A stretch of 64,000 nt of DNA from Asterias rubens (Eukaryota): contig NC_047076.1 of the NCBI RefSeq assembly GCF_902459465.1, positions 9,362,001 to 9,426,000 of the forward strand, written 5' to 3'. Below are positions 59,501-64,000 of this stretch, one piece after another (position 1 is the first letter of the stretch; each line of letters starts with the position of its first letter). A program made the position numbers and the translations under genes. The notes below the pieces were generated by a model. That model was not told the DNA's origin and did not search any database. It saw only the letters and a list, made by a program, of their open reading frames with translations.

Positions 59501-62500
59501 GTAAATCTGTGGACATTGTGTTTTTGTCCTACAAAGAGTACATTTTTAGACCCTTTTTAAGCAGATAATCTTATCCGAAAACAGTGATTTCTCACTCAGT
59601 GATTGTGAAGTTCCTCTCTGGTAGCATTACTTTGAAGTGATCTCCCCATGCCATCTCTCTCCCTGGTAGCATTACTTTGAAGTACCAAAATACATTCTTG
59701 ATAGTTAGGCCTAATTAATCCTGTGGTTGATCCATACTGTCTTTTGAAGGAGCGTTACAGAATTGGTAAGAAACAAAAATTGTGAAGATCACAGATTAAC
59801 ATAAAACTTACTCAGTCTATTCATCATTAAATGATGATGATGATGATGATAGTAGAAAACATCCCATGAAATATTATTGTCTGTAACGTCATATTTGTTG
59901 GGAAATAAATAATCTAATTTCACGTTTGGAGTTTATCGCTCAGTGAGCGTTTTATTCATTTCTTTTTGCATCAATGCCATGCAAAAATGATGACCCAGAT
60001 GGCCGATCGATCTCAAACTTCTACAGGTTTATCAGTTTATAGTGTGTACATATGGTGGATTACATAAAGTACTTACATGTGCACTACCAGCAACTGTTTG
60101 GTTAGCAAAAACCAACTCTGTGTTTAATATTCCTTTAACGATTTTTGTTTTGTTGTATAGGGTATCTTACCGTAAACAAAGATTACAACAGCAATTTGTT
60201 CTTCTGGTTTTTCCCATCACAGGTGAGATCATTTTAATATTATGCTACCTAAATCTTTCAATCTCATTGTAGTTTTTTTCTGACCCACCTGAGCCTATTG
60301 GATTTGACATTTCCCTTTCTCTTCACATGCTTGAAGCGCAAGGCCTGGGTTGGTCACAATTTTAAAGTTCTTCTTGTTTTTGTCTGCAGTCTGATCCAGT
60401 AAATGCCCCAGTGTTACTCTGGTTGCAAGGTGGTCCAGGTGGCACCTCCATGTTTGGTCTCTTTGCAGAAAATGGACCTTTCACTGTTACAAAGGACCTC
60501 AAATGTAAGTAGGAAACACCAACAACTTGACTAACTTGCAAGTGTCGTGGCCGAGCGGTTAAGAGCAACAAATTCAAACTGTAGTATTTCTGATCAGTTT
60601 GAATCCCCAGCCGTGACACTTGTGTCATTTTAAAAAAGCAATACACTTAGCCATTGCTTCTTCTTTGGGATGGGGCGTAAAGCCGTTGGTCCCATGTGTT
60701 TATTTGTGTAACGCATGTAAAAGAACCCAGTGCACTTACCGAAAATAGAAGGGGTTCGCCCCGGTGTTCCTGGCTGTGGCTGCTGTAGCACCTTGTGAAC
60801 CCTTGTAAGGTGCTACATACAGTTGAAATTGGGTCTCAGAATCCATCACTGCAATAACCTATCTTTCTAAAAGTGTTTATATATACTCGGCGCCTTGAGC
60901 TGTGGAGTACCTTGTTTGTTAGATACGTGTGCTACATGACCTTGTTATTATTATATTAAATATGCCACATGCTGTTGACAAAAAAGTTCCACACGACAGA
61001 TGAAGAAACACTTCACAATTTACATTATTACCACGGTAACGAATTGTGAAGGTTTATTGGTCGAGAACCAATCATGTGATGTGATACAAAGACACATGAT
61101 CCATGGCTAAGGACGTGCACTTCGCATAACACACAGCATTGAGGGTAACATGAGTTTAGTTAACCGATATACTTTACCTTGATCAGTCCCTCCATTGGGT
61201 GGTTTCCAGCGCTTGTATGAAATAGAACCAGGCAAAGTTGTTGTGATGGAAACTAATCTGCCATCATTGTGTCATAACTGGTCCATCGGTTTCCAGGAGT
61301 GCCGGTTTGAAAACATAATGGCTTCGCCACAACTAGAACTAGTTCTGAAAGACCAAAAACCTTCAGAGTTAAATTCTTTAGCCTAACCTCTAGCTTCATA
61401 GAAGCCAGAGGCATAGGTGTCTTGCAGCAGCAGTGCGTCATGGAAAGACGTGTGTCCTTGTTCATTACAAATACCGCCTGTTGGTATTTGTCCGTTGTAA
61501 GTGATCCTGATGGTCGTCTCTTTTTTTTTCTTGAAAAAACTGGGTATTGATTTTGTAAGTATTATGGCATAACGTCTTACCCTGTTTAGTCAGGTCTGAT
61601 GAGTTTTCCAGTGTCCCCGGCGGTGTGAGATGATTTTGCCATGGTTGAAACCGGAGCATTCCCCATCTCCGTAGGGGCATTGAACACATTTAAGTAAGTT
61701 TTTCGCTCTTGTATTCTGCTGATCTGGGAAAGTTTGTCATCTAGTGAGTGGGTGACTCTGAAGTCTGTTTGCAGCGTTTGCTGACTTGAGGGTGATGCAT
61801 CATTTCTTATCATGGAGGTGTTGCAGGCATGAGACTTTGTCCTTGTTGACTATTCTGTCCAATTCTTTTAACATGGAGTCAGGTGGAGTTTTCTGGTACA
61901 GGCACAAGTCGAGGCTCATAGGGCCTATCCAGAATATAGGTCCAGTGCAGAACACTTGATTAAAGTAGTATCTCATACTTGAGAGTATCGGAGATTGGCG
62001 TACACTCATATAGGTCCACACTGTATTGCATTAACCATAGAGAATGCTTTAATGCAGAGTCAATCAACGCGCTGATTGGTTCTCCTGAACGGAGACCTGT
62101 GGTTGGTTGGCTCAGGGCTATTTGGTATGTTACCCATTGTGTGAGAAACCCCTTGTGTGTTGTGAGGCGTGTTAGTAGACTGTGGGTTGTTAGAGGAGGA
62201 AGGTGGTAGGATGGTATGCCAAATAGGCCCACTCCTCTCCACAAGTACATGAATCTCTTCAGTCTCCTGACGATGACTAGAGCAAGCTAGTCAAAACGTT
62301 GAGATCCATTCTAGAACTGAATCCGCCGTAGTGCAGTTAGTTAAAATCCTTTAAGCTAAAGAAGTACCAGCTAATTCCGCCCGGGTAGTAGTTAAAAAGC
62401 AGGACAGTTCTTTTCAGAACTGAGAAGTCTCCCGAACATCTGATAAAGCAAATCTGCGGTAGTAGAATCAAGAAAGACTGTTCTGACAAGTAGAAACACA

Positions 62501-63380
62501 TTTGGTATTTCTGCAAACATACATAAGAATAACAATGTTACCATGGTATAGCAAAACAATTGTTGCATGCTGTGAAGGGGTCCATGGGATTTCCTACACC
62601 CTCTGGGGGGGCAGGGGCAAATGGTACCCTCTACAACAATTGTATACTTGGACCGCAGACCCATGGCCATACCATATGCATGCATCTGTTGGTTACTGTA
62701 CAAACGCCTGGTGTGGCTATCCCGTACAAATTCCTTTTAGTGTTAGGCATTTTAGGCCAGTAAACTTGACCGAACAAGTCCATTGGTTTTTCGAACAAGT
62801 CCATTAGTCTTTTGTTATTATTTTATTTTTATTTTATTTATTCATTATTGATATCCAACAGTAGATAGCCGCCACTTAATAATGATAAGAACATTATTAT
62901 AAATAGACAAAAATAGTACACCGAAACCACATAAAACAGACCAAGGAACACCCAAAAAAACACATCGGACATGAAAACAAACACATGTAGTAAGAAATAC
63001 ACAAGCAAAACAACACACGAAACTCCAATTACATACCAAAAAAAAAAAAAAAAAACTAAAACAAAACAAAAAAACGACAAACAAACAACACCAAACACCA
63101 ACTTCACAACAAATCAAATAGACAATTATATCAAATCACAAAAACCCCAACAAACACACCAACAGACCAACAAACACCCCAACTAACAAATAAACACCTC
63201 AACAAACGGACAAATTCAAACAATTTAATTTAGAAATATTACTGACCAAAATGATAACAGGGAGACAATCCATCAACAAACTGCAACAAACCCTTTTTTT
63301 CTGTTTTTTTTTTCTTTTCAGTGGTACCTAAAAAGTATGCCTGGACCTCTAAGTATTCTGTTCTGTACATTGACAACCCG
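56356..63380 (+). CDS. CPVL: Serine carboxypeptidase CPVL-like (peptidase S10), 5' part; gene continues beyond the window
   Basis: Spliced product: signal peptide, DPGQPLFLTPYIEAGKIKQG-QRLSQVG...SFSG-YLTVNKDYNSNLFFWFFPSQ-SDPVNAPVLLWLQGGPGGTSMFGLFAENGP...-YAWTSKYSVLYIDNP; phases consistent. Confidence 0.92.
56781..57000. mobile_element. Hammerhead-bearing short element with inverted architecture
   Basis: Minus strand 56895-56852: GTCTC-CTGAAGA-C-GAGCAG-AGTACA-CTGTTC-GAATTGTT-GAGAC; inverted ACATGGTTGTACCCGCAAGTTTAC on both sides. Confidence 0.6.
57372..57428 (+). CDS. CPVL: CPVL coding exon 2 (GQRLSQVGVLNGTTVASFS)
   Basis: 57 nt, phase 1-1, CGCAG acceptor, CAG|GTAAAT donor. Confidence 0.88.
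57731..58304. mobile_element. hAT-like MITE (TAAGCTTGGGCGATA TIR, many ATCGAT/CGATAT subterminal motifs)
   Basis: TIRs at both ends; partial 8-bp TSD CGGATAAC/CATTTAAC. Confidence 0.75.
58415..58700. mobile_element. MITE with CATAGAGTTATATATAAG.ACTAGAGGGC TIRs and 8-bp TSD
   Basis: TSD GGTGTCAT/GGTGTCGT. Confidence 0.8.
59175..59556. mobile_element. TTAA-targeting element, family D
   Basis: TTAA|AGGATTTGGGTACTTTTTGTA start; degenerate right end GTACATTTTTAGACCCT..TTAA. Confidence 0.6.
60161..60222 (+). CDS. CPVL: CPVL coding exon 3 (GYLTVNKDYNSNLFFWFFPSQ)
   Basis: S10-family motif, GT-AG, phase 1->0. Confidence 0.92.
60390..60504 (+). CDS. CPVL: CPVL coding exon 4 (SDPVNAPVLLWLQGGPGGTSMFGLFAENGPFTVTKDLK)
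   Basis: WLQGGPG motif, phase 0->1. Confidence 0.93.
60543..60960 (+). mobile_element. tRNA-derived SINE with Deu-domain-like core
   Basis: A-box GTGGCCGAGCGG, B-box remnant TTTGAATCCC, core GGGATG..CGTAAAGCCG.TGGTCCC...GTAAAAGAACCCAGTGCAC...GGGGTTCGCCCCGGTGTTCCTGGC, (TTA)n tail; fragments at ~16380-16600 (-) and ~23800-23925 (+). Confidence 0.7.
60960..62545. mobile_element. Decayed Penelope-like element (GIY-YIG region, minus strand) joined head-to-head to a hammerhead + tail (plus strand)
   Basis: Broken minus-strand frames give HHPQVSK, LQSHPLTR.QTFPD..TRAKNL and FQTGT(L)ETDG, resembling PLE linker/GIY-YIG motifs; hammerhead motif at 62262-62305; left boundary uncertain. Confidence 0.55.
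62262..62305 (+). ncRNA. Minimal type-I hammerhead motif with G12->A change
   Basis: GTCTC-CTGACGA-T-GACTAG-AGCAAG-CTAGTC-AAAAC-GTT-GAGAT. Confidence 0.55.
63322..63380 (+). CDS. CPVL: CPVL coding exon 5 (LVPKKYAWTSKYSVLYIDNP)
   Basis: YIDNP motif, phase 1->0, donor GTAAGT. Confidence 0.92.
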
Positions 63381-63454
63381 GTAAGTTTCAAATGCTAAGT
63401 TATCATTGTTGTTATTTAATCTTTTATTCAGCTAAAATAAATAACAATCATACA

Positions 63455-64000
63455 GACATAAACTGCGCCAATAAAGTATCTAAACACTTACAAATGGTCA
63501 GATTTACCGGAACCTGAAATAGTATACAAAAATTTAATTGTTCGTTTCTATTCACCGTTAATTTCTGCACGTTTTGACACATCTTGTGGTGCGCTACGAT
63601 GTTGTTTGGTAGATTTATGGACACTTGAGTGGCTTAAGGTCGAATTTCAAAAGTTGCAAAAGCCCCTATTCACCCCAATTCCAAAAGGGAACTCACATAA
63701 GCATCACACTCAGACAAAATCAAGACAAAAGACACAAACTCGTTTCGTTTACATGACCATGAAATTAATTGCCGTATCTTTAACTCTAAAACTGCTGTTA
63801 TCTTGTTGTGTCCTCCATCATTGTCCTGAACGGCAAGGAGTCGTCTTCTCATACTCTCAATGAGACCTCTGATCTGTCCCTGGTCAATCCCCTGCCATTT
63901 CCTGATCAGGATGCGTTGCAAACCCCTCGAGAGTGGTGTCAGGCTTTATGGCTTTGTTCACTTTCTTCTTCTGCTGCAGAAGTCACTCTCGGACGACCAC
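63455..64000 (-). mobile_element. Internally deleted Tc1/mariner transposon (runs off the window)
   Basis: Minus strand encodes GRPRVTSAAEE (N-terminal GRPR motif) fused to the C-terminal ...LQRILIRKWQGIDQGQIRGLIESMRRRLLAVQDNDGGH; TIR-like AAACTGCGCCAATAAAGTATC near 63460. Confidence 0.75.

Noticed and set aside
62830-63260. Hydrophobic ORFs (62838-63107, 62845-63117) that look like membrane proteins
   Set aside because: Derived from A/C-rich low-complexity sequence; similar tract at ~45680-46000

Overview
Eukaryotic, AT-rich, intron- and repeat-rich animal genomic DNA. The repeat families and codon/intron style suggest an echinoderm, probably a sea star (inference). Two multi-exon genes lie head-to-head. 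(1) Minus strand: a complete EPB41L5/Yurt-type FERM-FA protein gene, CDS 48934->5950. I reconstructed 16 core exons with consistent splice phases (~918 aa, ending in the PDZ-binding tail KKCTLTTEL*), plus candidate symmetric cassette/micro-exons. (2) Plus strand: the 5' part of a CPVL-type serine carboxypeptidase gene (5 coding exons from 56356, running off the window). Between them are a probable bidirectional promoter (~49200-49270) and a nested transposon stack containing a near-intact L2/CR1-group LINE. That LINE appears to lack ORF1, and its ORF2 has an unusual hydrophobic N-terminus carrying a YxxxxL-phi motif. Introns hold many MITEs (TTAA-, TA-, 3-bp- and 8-bp-TSD classes), tRNA-derived SINEs, a Tc1 remnant and minisatellites. 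The most notable hidden signal is a family of five short Penelope-type insertions carrying minimal type-I hammerhead ribozyme motifs. Their stem II co-varies between copies, two have clear target-site duplications, several have inverted architecture, and one is joined to a decayed GIY-YIG Penelope ORF. All coordinates were hand-derived; repeat boundaries are approximate to a few bp or tens of bp.
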